DNA of 64,000 nucleotides from Eledone cirrhosa (taxonomy: Eukaryota), in NCBI GenBank assembly GCA_964016885.1, contig OZ024748.1, positions 35,526,001 to 35,590,000 on the forward strand, read 5' to 3'. Below, in pieces: positions 14,133 through 26,200 of this stretch (the first letter of the stretch is position 1; each line of letters begins with the position of its first letter). The notes under the pieces were generated by a model. The model worked only from the letters and a program-made list of their open reading frames with translations, made no database searches and was not told where the DNA came from. Made by a program: the position numbers and the translations under genes.

Positions 14133-14243
14133 AAGGTTTAGAGATATATCACATTTTAACTCAATATATGTCAACCAATGCCAAAGTTAGATTTATTAAT
14201 CCAACTGCAATCATGGCTCTTCTTTTTCATGTTCTTCTGTATC
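14133..14243. other. Short unique AT-rich spacer (~110 bp) between the two tandem arrays
   Basis: The sequence AAGGTTTAGAGATATATC...GTTCTTCTGTATC matches neither flanking repeat. Confidence 0.85.
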
Positions 14244-14400
14244 TTGTTGTTGTTATTGTTGTCATTATTGTTGCTGTTGATACTGTTATTGTTGTTGTTA
14301 TTGTTGTTGTCATTGTTGCTGTTGTTGCTATTGCTGCTGTTATTGTTGTTATTATTGTTGTTGTTGTTGCTGTTGCTATTATTATAGTTGGCATCAGCGT
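14244..14400. repeat. Degenerate trinucleotide microsatellite (TTG)n with TTA/CTG/TCA interruptions
   Basis: An in-phase triplet run (TTGTTGTTGTTATTGTTGTCATTATTG...) gives the poly-Leu, poly-Val, poly-Asn and poly-Thr ORFs in the track. Confidence 0.9.
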
Positions 14401-16279
14401 TATTGTTGTTGTTACTGTTGTAGTGCAATTGTTACAGTTGTTGTTGTTGTTACTGTTGTAGTGCAATTGTTACAGTTGTTATTGTTGTTGTTAATGTTGT
14501 AGTGCAATTGTTACAGTTGTTATTGTTGTTGTTACTGTTGTAGTGCTATTGTTACAGTTGTTGTTGTTACTGTTGTAGAGCTATTGTTACAGTTGTTGTT
14601 GTTACTGTTGCAGTGCTATTGTTACAGTTGTTATTGTTGTTGTTACTGTTGTAGAGCTATTGTTACAGGTGTTGTTGTTACTGTTGTAGTGCAATTGTTA
14701 CAGTTGTTATTGTTGTTGTTACTGTTGTAGAGCTATTGTTACAGTTGTTGTTATTACTGTTGTAGTGCTATTGTTACAGTTGTTATTGTCGTTAATGTTG
14801 TAGAGCTATTGTTACAGTTGTTATTGTTGTTACTGTTGTAGAGCTATTGTTACAGATGTTGTTGTTACTGTTGTAGTGCTATTGTTACAGTTGTTATTGT
14901 TGTTGTTACTGTTGTAGAGCTATTGTTACAGTTGTTGTTATTACTGTTGTAGTGCAATTGTTACAGTTGTTATTGTTGTTGCTACTGTTGTAGTGCAATT
15001 GTTACAGTTGTTATTGTTGTTGTTACTGTTGTAGTGCTAGTGTTACAGTTGTTATTGTTGTTGTTACTGCTGTAGAGCTATTGTTACAGTTGTTATTGTT
15101 TTTATTACTGTTGTAGTGCAATTGTTACAGTTGTTATTGTTGTTGTTACTGTTGTAGTGCTATAGTTACAGTTGTTATTGTTGTTACTGTTGTAGAGCTA
15201 TTCTTACAGTTGTTGTTGTTACTGTTGTAGAGCTATTGTTACAGTTGTTGTTATTACTGTTGTAGTGCTATTGTTACAGTTGTTATTGTTGTTGCGACTG
15301 TTGTAGTGCAATTGTTACAGTTGTTATTGTTGTTGTTACTGTTGTAGAGCTATTGTTACAGTTGTTGTTATTACTGTTGTAGTGCTATTGTTACAGTTGT
15401 TATTGTTGTTGCGACTGTTGTAGTGCAAATGTTACAGTTGTTATTGTTGTTGTTACTGTTGTAGTGCTAGTCTTACAGTTGTTATTGTTGTTGTTACTGT
15501 TGTAGTGCAATTGTTACAATTGTTATTGTTGTTGTTACTGTTGTAGTGCTATTGTTACAGTTGTTGTTGTTACTGTTGTAGTGCTATTGTTATAGTTGTT
15601 ATTGTTGTTGTTACTGTTGTAGAGCTATTGTTACAGTTGTTATTGTTGTTGTTACTGTTGTAAAGCTATTGTTAGAGTTGTTATTGTTGTTGTTACTGTT
15701 GTAGTGTTATTGTTACAGTTGTTATTGTTGTTGTTACTGTTGTAGTGCTATTGTTACAGTTGTTGTTGTTGTTGTTGTAGTGCTATTGTAACAGTTGTTA
15801 TTGTTGTTACTGTTGTAGAGCTATTGCTACAGTCGTTATTGTTGTTGTTACTGTTGTAGTGCTATTGTTACAGTTGTTGTTGTTACTGTTGTAGTGCTAT
15901 TGTTACAGTTGTTACTGTTGTTGTTGTAGTGCTATTGTTACAGTTGTTATTGTTGTTACTGTTGTAGTGCTATTGTTACAGTTGTCATTGTTGTTACTGT
16001 TGTAGTGCTATTGTTACAGTGGTTATTGTTGTTACTGTTGAGGTGCTATTGTTACAGTTGTTATTGTTGTTGTTACTGTTGTAGAGCTATTGTTACAGTT
16101 GTTATTGTTGTTACTGTTGTAGTGCTATTGTTACAGTTGTTATTGTTGTTGTTACTGTTGTAGTGCTATTGTTACAGTTGTTGTTGTTACTGTTGTAGAG
16201 CTATTGTTACAGTTGTTGTTGTTACGGTTGCAGTGCTATTGTTACAGTTGTTATTGTTGTTGTTACTGTTGTAGAGCTA

Positions 16280-19200
16280 TTGTTACAGGTGTTGTTGTTA
16301 CTGTTGTAGTGCTATTGTTACAGTTGTTATTGTTGTTGTTACTGTTGTAGAGCTATTGTTACAGGTGTTGTTGTTACTGTTGTAGTGCAATAGTCACAGT
16401 TGTTATTGTTGTTGTTACTGTTGTAGAACTATTGTTACAGTTGTTATTGTCGTTAATGTTGTAGAGCTATTGTTACAGTTGTTATTGTTGTTACTGTTGT
16501 AGAGCTATTGTTAAAGATGTTGTTGTTACTGTTGTAGTGCTATTGTTACAGTTGTTATTGTTGTTGTTACTGTTGTAGAGCTATTGTTACAGTTGTTGTT
16601 ATTACTGTTGTAGTGCAATTGTTACAGTTGTTATTGTTGTTGCTACTGTTGTAGTGCAATTGTTACAGTTGTTATTGTTGTTGTTACTGTTGTAGTGCTA
16701 TTGTTACAGTTGTTATTGTTGTTACTGTTGTAGAGCTATTGTTACAGTTGTTGTTGTTACTGTTGTAGAGCTATTGTTACAGTTGTTGTTATTACTGTTG
16801 TAGTGCTATTGTTACAGTTGTTATTGTTGTTGCGACTGTTGTAGTGCAATTGTTACAGTTGTTATTGTTGTTGTTACTGTTGTAGAGCTATTGTTACAGT
16901 TGTTGTTATTACTGTTGTAGTGCGATTGTTACAGTTGTTATTGTTGTTGCGACTGTTGTAGTGCAATTGTTACAGTTGTTATTGTTGTTGTTACTGTTGT
17001 AGTGCTAGTCTTACAGTTGTTATTGTTGTTGTTACTGTTGTAGTGCAATTGTTACAGTTGTTATTGTTGTTGTTACTGTTGTAGTGCTATTGTTACAGTT
17101 GTTGTTGTTACTGTTGTAGTGCTATTGTTATAGTTGTTATTGTTGTTGTTACTGTTGTAGAGCTATTGTTACAGTTGTTATTGTTGTTGTTACTGTTGTA
17201 GTGTTATTGTTACAGTTGTTATTGTTGTTGTTACTGTTGTAGTGCTATTGTTACAGTTGTTGTTGTTGTTGTTGTAGTGCTATTGTAACAGTTGTTATTG
17301 TTGTTGTTACTGTTGTAGAGCTATTGTTACAGTCGTTATTGTTGTTGTTACTGTTGTAGTGCTATTGTTACAGTTGTTGTTGTTACTGTTGTAGTGCTAT
17401 TGTTACTGTTGTTATTGTTGTTGTTGTAGTGCTATTGTTACAGTTGTTATTGTTGTTACTGTTGTAGTGCTATTGTTACAGTTGTCATTGTAGTTACTGT
17501 TGTAGTGCTATTGTTACAGTGGTTATTGTTGTTACTGTTGAGGTGCTATTGTTACAGTTGTTATTGTTGTTGTTACTGTTGTAGAGCAATTGTTACAGTT
17601 GTTATTGTTGTTACTTTGTAGTGCTATTGTTACAGTTGTTATTGTTGTTGTTACTGTGGTAGTGCTATTGTTACAGTTGTTGTTGTTGTTAATGTTGTAG
17701 AGCTATTGTTACAGTTGTTGTTGTTACTGTTGTAGAGCTATTGTTACAGTTGTTGTTGTTAGTGTTGTAGTGCTATTGTTACAGTTGTTATTGTTGTCGT
17801 TACTGTTGTAGTGCTATTGTTACAGTTGTTATTGTTGTTGTTGTAGTGCTATTGTTACAGTTGTTATTGTTGTTGTTACTGTTGTAGTGCTATTGTTGGA
17901 GTTGTTATTGTTGTTACTGTTGTAGTGCTATTATTACAGTTGTTATTGTTGTTGTTACTGTTGAGGTGCTATGGTTACAGTTGTTATTGTTGTTGTTAGT
18001 GTTGTAGTGCTATTGTTACAGTTGTTATTGTTGTTGTTACTGTTGTAGTGCTATTGTTACAGTTGTTATTTTTGTTGTTACTGTTGTAGTGCTATTGTTA
18101 CAGTTGCTGTTGTTGTTGTTACTGTTGTAGAGCTATTGTTACAGTTGTTATTGTTGTTGTTACTGTTGTAGTGCTATTGTTACAGTTGTTGTTGTACCTG
18201 TTACTGTTGTAGTGCTATTGTTACAGTTGTTATTGTTGTTGTTGTAGTGCTATTGTTACAGATGTTATTGTTGTTACTGTTGTAGTGCTATTGTTACAGT
18301 TGTTATTGTTGTTACTGCTGTAGAACTATTGTTACAGTTGTTATTGTTGTTACTGTTGTAGTGCTATTGTTACAGTTGTTATTGTTGTTGTTACTGTTGT
18401 AGAGCTATTGTTACAGTTGTTGTTATTACTGTTGTAGTGCTATTGTTACAGTTGTTATTGTTGTTGCGACTGTTGTAGTGCAATTGTTACAGTTGTCATT
18501 GTTGTTGTTACTGTTGTAGTGCTAGTCTTACAGTTGGTATTGTTGTTGTTACTGTTGAAGTGCAATTGTTACAGTTGTTATTGTTGTTGTTACTGTTGTA
18601 GTGCTATTGTTACAGTTGCTGTTGTTACTGTTGTAGTGCTATTGTTATAGTTGTTATTGTTGTTGTTACTGTTGTAGAGCTATTGTTACAGATGTTATTG
18701 TTGTTGTTACTGTTGTAAAGTTATTGTTACAGTTGTTATTGTTGTTGTTACTGTTGTAGTGTTATTGTTACAGTTGTTATTGTTGTTGTTACTGTTGTAG
18801 TGCTATTGTTACAGTTGTTGTTGTTGTTGTTGTAGTGCTATTGTAACAGTTGTTATTGTTGTTGTTACTGTTGTAGAGCTATTGTTACAGTCGTTATTGT
18901 TGTTGTTACTGTTGTAGTGCTATTGTTACAGTTGTTGTTGTTACTGTTGTAGTGCTATTGTTACAGTTGTTGTTGTTACTGTTGTAGTGCTATTGTTACA
19001 GTTGTTATTGTTGTCGTTACTGTTGTAGTGCTATTGTTACAGTTGTTATTGTTGTAGTTGTAGTGCTATTGTTACAGTTGTTGTTGTTACGGTTGTAGTG
19101 CAATAGTCACAGTTGTTATTGTTGTTGTTACTGTTGTAGAACTTGTTACAGTTGTTATTGTCGTTAACGTTGTAGAGCTATTGTTACAGTTGTTATTGTT

Positions 19201-22200
19201 GTTACTGTTGTAGGGCTATTGTTACAGATGTTGTTGTTACTGTTGTAGTGCTATTGTTACAGTTGTTATTGTTGTTGTTACTGTTGTAGAGCTATTGTTA
19301 CAGGTGTTGTTGTTACTGTTGTAGTGCTATTGTTACAGTTGTTATTGTTGTTGTTACTGTTGTAGAGCTATTGTTACAGGTGTTGTTGTTACTGTTGTAG
19401 TGCAATAGTCACAGTTGTTATTGTTGTTGTTACTGTTGTAGAACTATTGTTACAGTTGTTATTGTCGTTAATGTTGTAGAGCTATTGTTACAGTTGTTAT
19501 TGTTGTTACTGTTGTAGAGCTATTGTTACAGATGTTGTTGTTACTGTTGTAGTGCTATTGTTACAGTTGTTATTGTTGTTGTTACTGTTGTAGAGCTATT
19601 GTTACAGTTGTTGTTATTACTGTTGTAGTGCAATTGTTACAGTTGTTATTGTTGTTGCTACTGTTGTAGTGCAATTGTTACAGTTGTTATTGTTGTTGTT
19701 ACTGTTGTAGTGCTATTGTTACAGTTGTTATTGTTGTTACTGTTGTAGAGCTATTGTTACAGTTGTTGTTGTTACTGTTGTAGAGCTATTGTTACAGTTG
19801 TTGTTATTACTGTTGTAGTGCTATTGTTACAGTTGTTATTGTTGTTGCGACTGTTGTAGTGCAATTGTTACAGTTGTTATTGTTGTTGTTACTGTTGTAG
19901 AGCTATTGTTACAGTTGTTGTTATTACTGTTGTAGTGCTATTGTTACAGTTGTTATTGTTGTTGCGACTGTTGTAGTGCAATTGTTACAGTTGTTATTGT
20001 TGTTGTTACTGTTGTAGTGCTAGTCTTACAGTTGTTATTGTTGTTGTTACTGTTGTAGTGCAATTGTTACAGTTGTTATTGTTGTTGTTACTGTTGTAGT
20101 GCTATTGTTACAGTTGTTGTTGTTACTGTTGTAGTGCTATTGTTATAGTTGTTATTGTTGTTGTTACTGTTGTAGAGCTATTGTTACAGTTGTTATTGTT
20201 GTTGTTACTGTTGTAGTGTTATTGTTACAGTTGTTATTGTTGTTGTTACTGTTGTAGTGCTATTGTTACAGTTGTTGTTGTTGTTGTTGTAGTGCTATTG
20301 TAACAGTTGTTATTGTTGTTGTTACTGTTGTAGAGCTATTGTTACAGTCGTTATTGTTGTTGTTACTGTTGTAGTGTTATTGTTACAGTTGTTGTTGTTA
20401 CTGTTGTAGTGCTATTGTTACTGTTGTTATTGTTGTTGTTGTAGTGCTATTGTTACAGTTGTTATTGTTGTTACTGTTGTAGTGCTATTGTTACAGTTGT
20501 CATTGTTGTTACTGTTGTAGTGCTATTGTTACAGTGGTTATTGTTGTTACTGTTGAGGTGCTATTGTTACAGTTGTTATTGTTGTTGTTACTGTTGTAGA
20601 GCAATTGTTACAGTTGTTATTGTTGTTACTTTGTAGTGCTATTGTTACAGTTGTTATTGTTGTTGTTACTGTGGTAGTGCTATTGTTACAGTTGTTGTTG
20701 TTGTTAATGTTGTAGAGCTATTGTTACAGTTGTTGTTGTTACTATTGTAGAGCTATTGTTACAGTTGTTGTTGTTACTGTTGTAGTGCTATTGTTACAGT
20801 TGTTATTGTTGTCGTTACTGTTGTAGTGCTATTGTTACAGTTGTTATTGTTGTTGTTGTAGTGCTATTGTTACAGTGGTTATTGTTGTTGTTACTGTTGT
20901 AGTGCTATTGTTGGAGTTGTTATTGTTGTTACTGTTGTAGTGCTATTATTACAGTTGTTATTGTTGTTGTTACTGTTGAGGTGCTATGGTTACAGTTGTT
21001 ATTGTTGTTGTTAGTGTTGTAGTGCTATTGTTACAGTTGTTATTGTTGTTGTTACTGTTGTAGTGCTATTGTTACAGTTGTTATTTTTGTTGTTACTGTT
21101 GTAGTGCTATTGTTACAGTTGCTGTTGTTGTTGTTACTGTTGTAGAGCTATTGTTACAGTTGTTATTGTTGTTGTTACTGTTGTAGTGCTATTGTTACAG
21201 TTGTTGTTGTACCTGTTACTGTTGTAGTGCTATTGTTACAGTTGTTATTGTTGTTGTTGTAGTGCTATTGTTACAGTTGTTATTGTTGTTACTGTTGTAG
21301 TGCTATTGTTACAGTTGTTATTGTTGTTACTGTTGTAGAACTATTGTTACAGTTGTTATTGTTGTTACTGTTGTAGTGCTATTGTTACAGTTGTTATTGT
21401 TGTTGTTACTGTTGTAGAGCTATTGTTACAGTTGTTGTTATTACTGTTGTAGTGCTATTGTTACAGTTGTTATTGTTGTTGCGACTGTTGTAGTGCAATT
21501 GTTACAGTTGTTATTGTTGTTGTTACTGTTGTAGTGCTAGTCTTACAGTTGGTATTGTTGTTGTTACTGTTGAAGTGCAATTGTTACAGTTGTTATTGTT
21601 GTTGTTACTGTTGTAGTGCTATTGTTACAGTTGCTGTTGTTACTGTTGTAGTGCTATTGTTATAGTTGTTATTGTTGTTGTTACTGTTGTAGAGCTATTG
21701 TTACAGATGTTATTGTTGTTGTTACTGTTGTAAAGTAATTGTTACAGTTGTTATTGTTGTTGTTACTGTTGTAGTGTTATTGTTACAGTTGTTATTGTTG
21801 TTGTTACTGTTGTAGTGCTATTGTTACAGTTGTTGTTGTTGTTGTTGTAGTGCTATTGTAACAGTTGTTATTGTTGTTGTTACTGTTGTAGAGCTATTGT
21901 TACAGTCGTTATTGTTGTTGTTACTGTTGTAGTGCTATTGTTACAGTTGTTGTTGTTACTGTTGTAGTGCTATTGTTACAGTTGTTGTTGTTACTGTTGT
22001 AGTGCTATTGTTACAGTTGTTATTGTTGTCGTTACTGTTGTAGTGCTATTGTTACAGTTGTTATTGTTGTAGTTGTAGTGCTATTGTTACAGTTGTTGTT
22101 GTTACGGTTGTAGTGCAATAGTCACAGTTGTTATTGTTGTTGTTACTGTTGTAGAACTTGTTACAGTTGTTATTGTCGTTAACGTTGTAGAGCTATTGTT

Positions 22201-22300
22201 ACAGTTGTTATTGTTGTTACTGTTGTAGAGCTATTGTTACAGATGTTGTTGTTACTGTTGTAGTGCTATTGTTACAGTTGTTATTGTTGTTGTTACTGTT
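16280..22300. repeat. ~3.0-kb higher-order tandem duplication within the 41-bp satellite
   Basis: Rare markers recur 3015 bp apart: GTACCTG at 18194/21209, ACTTTGTAG at ~17613/~20628 and TTGGTATTG at ~18534/~21549. Confidence 0.8.
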
Positions 22301-22439
22301 GTAGAGCTATTGTTACAGTTGTTGTTATTACTGTTGTAGTGCAATTGTTACAGTTGTTATTGTTGTTGTTACTGTTGTAGTGCTATTGTTGGAGTTGTTA
22401 TTGTTGTTACTGTTGTAGTGCTATTATTACAGTTGTTAT

Positions 22440-22630
22440 AGATGGCGGTGGATTGGCAGTATCGGTAGAGGTTCGGACGCCATGCTTTGACGCATAGAGT
22501 TACGGCCCTTGCCATTCTGAGTTCAAATCCCGCCGAGGTTAACTTTGCCTTTCATCCTTACGGCGTCGATAAAATAAAGTACCAGTAATGTACTGGGTAA
22601 TTTTCTGGCCTTGTGCCAATAGTAGAAACA
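22440..22630 (+). mobile_element. tRNA-derived SINE-like retroelement, 191 bp, copy 1 (resembles octopus SINEs)
   Basis: Non-satellite insert with an A-box-like TGGCAGTATCGG (22454-22465) and a B-box-like GAGTTCAAATCC (22519-22530). GGCGG (22444-22448) is complementary to CCGCC (22530-22534), as in an acceptor stem. The body reads GCCTTTCATCCTTACGGCGTCGATAAAATAAAGTACCAG. It is flanked by the direct repeat ATTATTACAGTTGTTAT. The family assignment is from recollection, not a search. Confidence 0.88.
22454..22530 (+). promoter_or_regulatory. Putative internal RNA polymerase III type-2 promoter (A and B boxes) of SINE copy 1
   Basis: TGGCAGTATCGG resembles TRGCNNARYNGG, and GAGTTCAAATCC resembles GGTTCRANNCC. 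The boxes are 53 bp apart. Confidence 0.7.
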
Positions 22631-23299
22631 ATTATTACAGTTGTTATTGTTGTTGTTACTGTTGAGGTGCTATGGTTACAGTTGTTATTGTTGTTGTTAG
22701 TGTTGTAGTGCTATTGTTACAGTTGTTATTGTTGTTGTTACTGTTGTAGTGCTATTGTTACAGTTGTTATTTTTGTTGTTACTGTTGTAGTGCTATTGTT
22801 ACAGTTGCTGTTGTTGTTGTTACTGTTGTAGAGCTATTGTTACAGTTGTTATTGTTGTTGTTACTGTTGTAGTGCTATTGCTACAGTTGTTGTTGTACCT
22901 GTTATTGTTGTAGTGCTATTGTTACAGTTGTTATTGTTGTTACTGTTGTAGAACTATTGTTACAGTTGTTATTGTTGTTACTGTTGTAGTGCTATTGTTA
23001 CAGTTGTTATTGTTGTTGTTACTGTTGTAGAGCTATTGTTACAGTTGTTGTTGTTACTGTTGTAGTGCTATTGTTACAGTTGTTATTGTTGTTGTTACTG
23101 TTGAGGTGCCATTGTTACAGGTGTTATTGTTGTTGTTACTGTTGTAGAGCTATTGTTACAGTTGTTATTGTTGTTACTGTTGTAGACCTATTGTTACAGT
23201 TGTTATTGTTGTTGTTACTGTTGTAGTGCTATTGTTGCAGTTGTTATTGTTGTTACTGTTGTAGTGCTATTGTTACAGTTGTTATTGTTGTTGTTACTG

Positions 23300-26200
23300 T
23301 TGAGGTGCTATTGTTACAGTTGTTGTTGTTGTTGTTACTGTTGTAGTGCTATTGTTACAGTTGTTATTGTTGTTGTTACTGTTGTAGTGCTATTGTGGCA
23401 GTTGTTATTGTTGTTACTGTTGTAGTGCTATTGTTACAGTTGTTATTGTTGTTGTTACTGTTGAGGTGCTATTGTTACAGTTGTTAATGTTGTTGTTACT
23501 GTTGAAGTGCAATTGTTACAGTTGTTATTGTTGTTGTTACTGTTGTAGTGCTATTGTTATAGTTGTTATTGTTGTTGTTACTGTTGTAGAGCTATTGTTA
23601 CAGATGTTATTGTTGTTGTTACTGTTGTAAAGTTATTGTTACAGTTGTTATTGTTGTTGTTACTGTTGTAGTGTTATTGTTACAGTTGTTATTGTTGTTG
23701 TTACTGTTGTAGTGCTATTGTTACAGTTGTTATTGTTGTTGTTACTGTTGTAGTGCTATTGTTACAGTTGTTGTTGTTGTTGTTGTAGTGCTATTGTAAC
23801 AGTTGTTATTGTTGTTGTTACTGTTGTAGAGCTATTGTTACAGTCGTTATTGTTGTTGTTACTGTTGTAGTGCTATTGTTACAGTTGTTGTTGTTACTGT
23901 TGTAGTGCTATTGTTACTGTTGTTATTGTTGTTGTTGTAGTGCTATTGTTACAGTTGTTATTGTTGTTACTGTTGTAGTGCTATTGTTACAGTTGTCATT
24001 GTTGTTACTGTTGTAGTGCTATTGTTACAGTGGTTATTGTTGTTACTGTTGAGGTGCTATTGTTACAGTTGTTATTGTTGTTGTTACTGTTGTAGAGCAA
24101 TTGTTACAGTTGTTATTGTTGTTACTTTGTAGTGCTATTGTTACAGTTGTTATTGTTGTTGTTACTGTGGTAGTGCTATTGTTACAGTTGTTGTTGTTGT
24201 TAATGTTGTAGAGCTATTGTTACAGTTGCTGTTGTTACTGTTGTAGAGCTATTGTTACAGTTGTTGTTGTTACTGTTGTAGTGCTATTGTTAAAGTTGTT
24301 ATTGTTGTCGTTACTGTTGTAGTGCTATTGTTACAGTTGTTATTGTTGTTGTTGTAGTGCTATTGTTACAGTTGTTGTTGTTACGGTTGTAGTGCAATAG
24401 TCACAGTTGTTATTGTTGTTGTTACTGTTGTAGAACTTGTTACAGTTGTTATTGTCGTTAATGTTGTAGAGCTATTGTTACAGTTGTTATTGTTGTTACT
24501 GTTGTAGAGCTATTGTTACAGATGTTGTTGTTACTGTTGTAGTGCTATTGTTACAGTTGTTATTGTTGTTGTTACTGTTGTAGAGCTATTGTTACAGTTG
24601 TTGTTATTACTGTTGTAGTGCAATTGTTACAGTTGTTATTGTTGTTGTTACTGTTGTAGTGCTATTGTTGGAGTTGTTATTGTTGTTACTGTTGTAGTGC
24701 TATTATTACAGTTGTTATTGTTGTTGTTACTGTTGAGGTGCTATGGTTACAGTTGTTATTGTTGTTGTTAGTGTTGTAGTGCTATTGTTACAGTTGTTAT
24801 TGTTGTTGTTACTGTTGTAGTGCTATTGTTACAGTTGTTATTGTTGTTGTTACTGTTGTAGTGCTATTGTTACAGTTGCTGTTGTTGTTGTTACTGTTGT
24901 AGAGCTATTGTTACAGTTGTTATTGTTGTTGTTACTGTTGTAGTGCTATTGTTACAGTTGTTGTTGTACCTGTTACTGTTGTAGTGCTATTGTTACAGTT
25001 GTTATTGTTGTTACTGTTGTAGAACTATTGTTACAGTTGTTATTGTTGTTACTGTTGTAGTGCTATTGTTACAGTTGTTATTGTTGTTGTTACTGTTGTA
25101 GAGCTATTGTTACAGTTGTTGTTGTTACTGTTGTAGTGCTATTGTTACAGTTGTTGTTGTTGTTGTTACTGTTGTAGTGCTATTGTTACAGTTGTTATTG
25201 TTGTTGTTACTGTTGTAGTGCTATTGTGGCAGTTGTTATTGTTGTTACTGTTGTAGTGCTATTGTTACAGTTGTTATTGTTGTTGTTACTGTTGAGGTGC
25301 TATTGTTACAGTTGTTAATGTTGTTGTTACTGTTGAAGTGCAATTGTTACAGTTGTTATTGTTGTTGTTACTGTTGTAGTGCTATTGTTACAGTTGCTGT
25401 TGTTACTGTTGTAGTGCTATTGTTATAGTTGTTATTGTTGTTGTTACTGTTGTAGAGCTATTGTTACAGATGTTATTGTTGTTGTTACTGTTGTAAAGTT
25501 ATTGTTACAGTTGTTATTGTTGTTGTTACTGTTGTAGTGTTATTGTTACAGTTGTTATTGTTGTTGTTACTGTTGTAGTGCTATTGTTACAGTTGTTGTT
25601 GTTGTTGTTGTAGTGCTATTGTAACAGTTGTTATTGTTGTTGTTACTGTTGTAGAGCGATTGTTACAGTCGTTATTGTTGTTGTTACTGTTGTAGTGCTA
25701 TTGTTACAGTTGTTGTTGTTACTGTTGTAGTGCTATTGTTACTGTTGTTATTGTTGTTGTTGTAGTGCTATTGTTACAGTTGTTATTGTTGTTACTGTTG
25801 TAGTGCTATTGTTACAGTTGTCATTGTTGTTACTGTTGTAGTGCTATTGTTACAGTGGTTATTGTTGTTACTGTTGAGGTGCTATTGTTACAGTTGTTAT
25901 TGTTGTTGTTACTGTTGTAGAGCAATTGTTACAGTTGTTATTGTTGTTACTTTGTAGTGCTATTGTTACAGTTGTTATTGTTGTTGTTACTGTGGTAGTG
26001 CTATTGTTACAGTTGTTGTTGTTGTTAATGTTGTAGAGCTATTGTTACAGTTGTTGTTGTTACTGTTGTAGAGCTATTGTTACAGTTGTTGTTGTTACTG
26101 TTGTAGTGCTATTGTTAAAGTTGTTATTGTTGTCGTTACTGTTGTAGTGCTATTGTTACAGTTGTTATTGTTGTTGTTGTAGTGCTATTGTTACAGTTGT

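Larger units (their letters stand above)
22423..22647 (+). repeat. 17-bp target-site duplication ATTATTACAGTTGTTAT flanking SINE copy 1 (22423-22439 and 22631-22647)
   Basis: Uninterrupted paralogous sites (e.g. ~17930 and ~24702) carry this sequence once, while the filled site carries it twice. The boundary is ambiguous by up to 6 bp if the SINE tail is itself ATT-based. Confidence 0.85.

Noticed and set aside
14-14141. Roughly 100 overlapping ORFs on both strands (SDLQVVN, HLEVRYG, TWRSDMD and LTSKCPY repeats)
   Set aside because: The unit length is a multiple of 3 and several frames lack stops by chance. The ORFs overlap in many frames, mostly begin at GTG/TTG, are broken by frameshifts and have no unique domains.
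14168-14466. Hydrophobic poly-Val/poly-Leu and poly-Asn/poly-Thr ORFs resembling membrane or mucin-like proteins
   Set aside because: They are translations of a (TTG)n microsatellite that is open in four frames at once.
22444-22534. Functional tRNA gene
   Set aside because: A/B boxes and partial acceptor pairing are present, but I cannot fold a canonical cloverleaf or identify an anticodon arm. The head continues into a SINE-like body bounded by a TSD.
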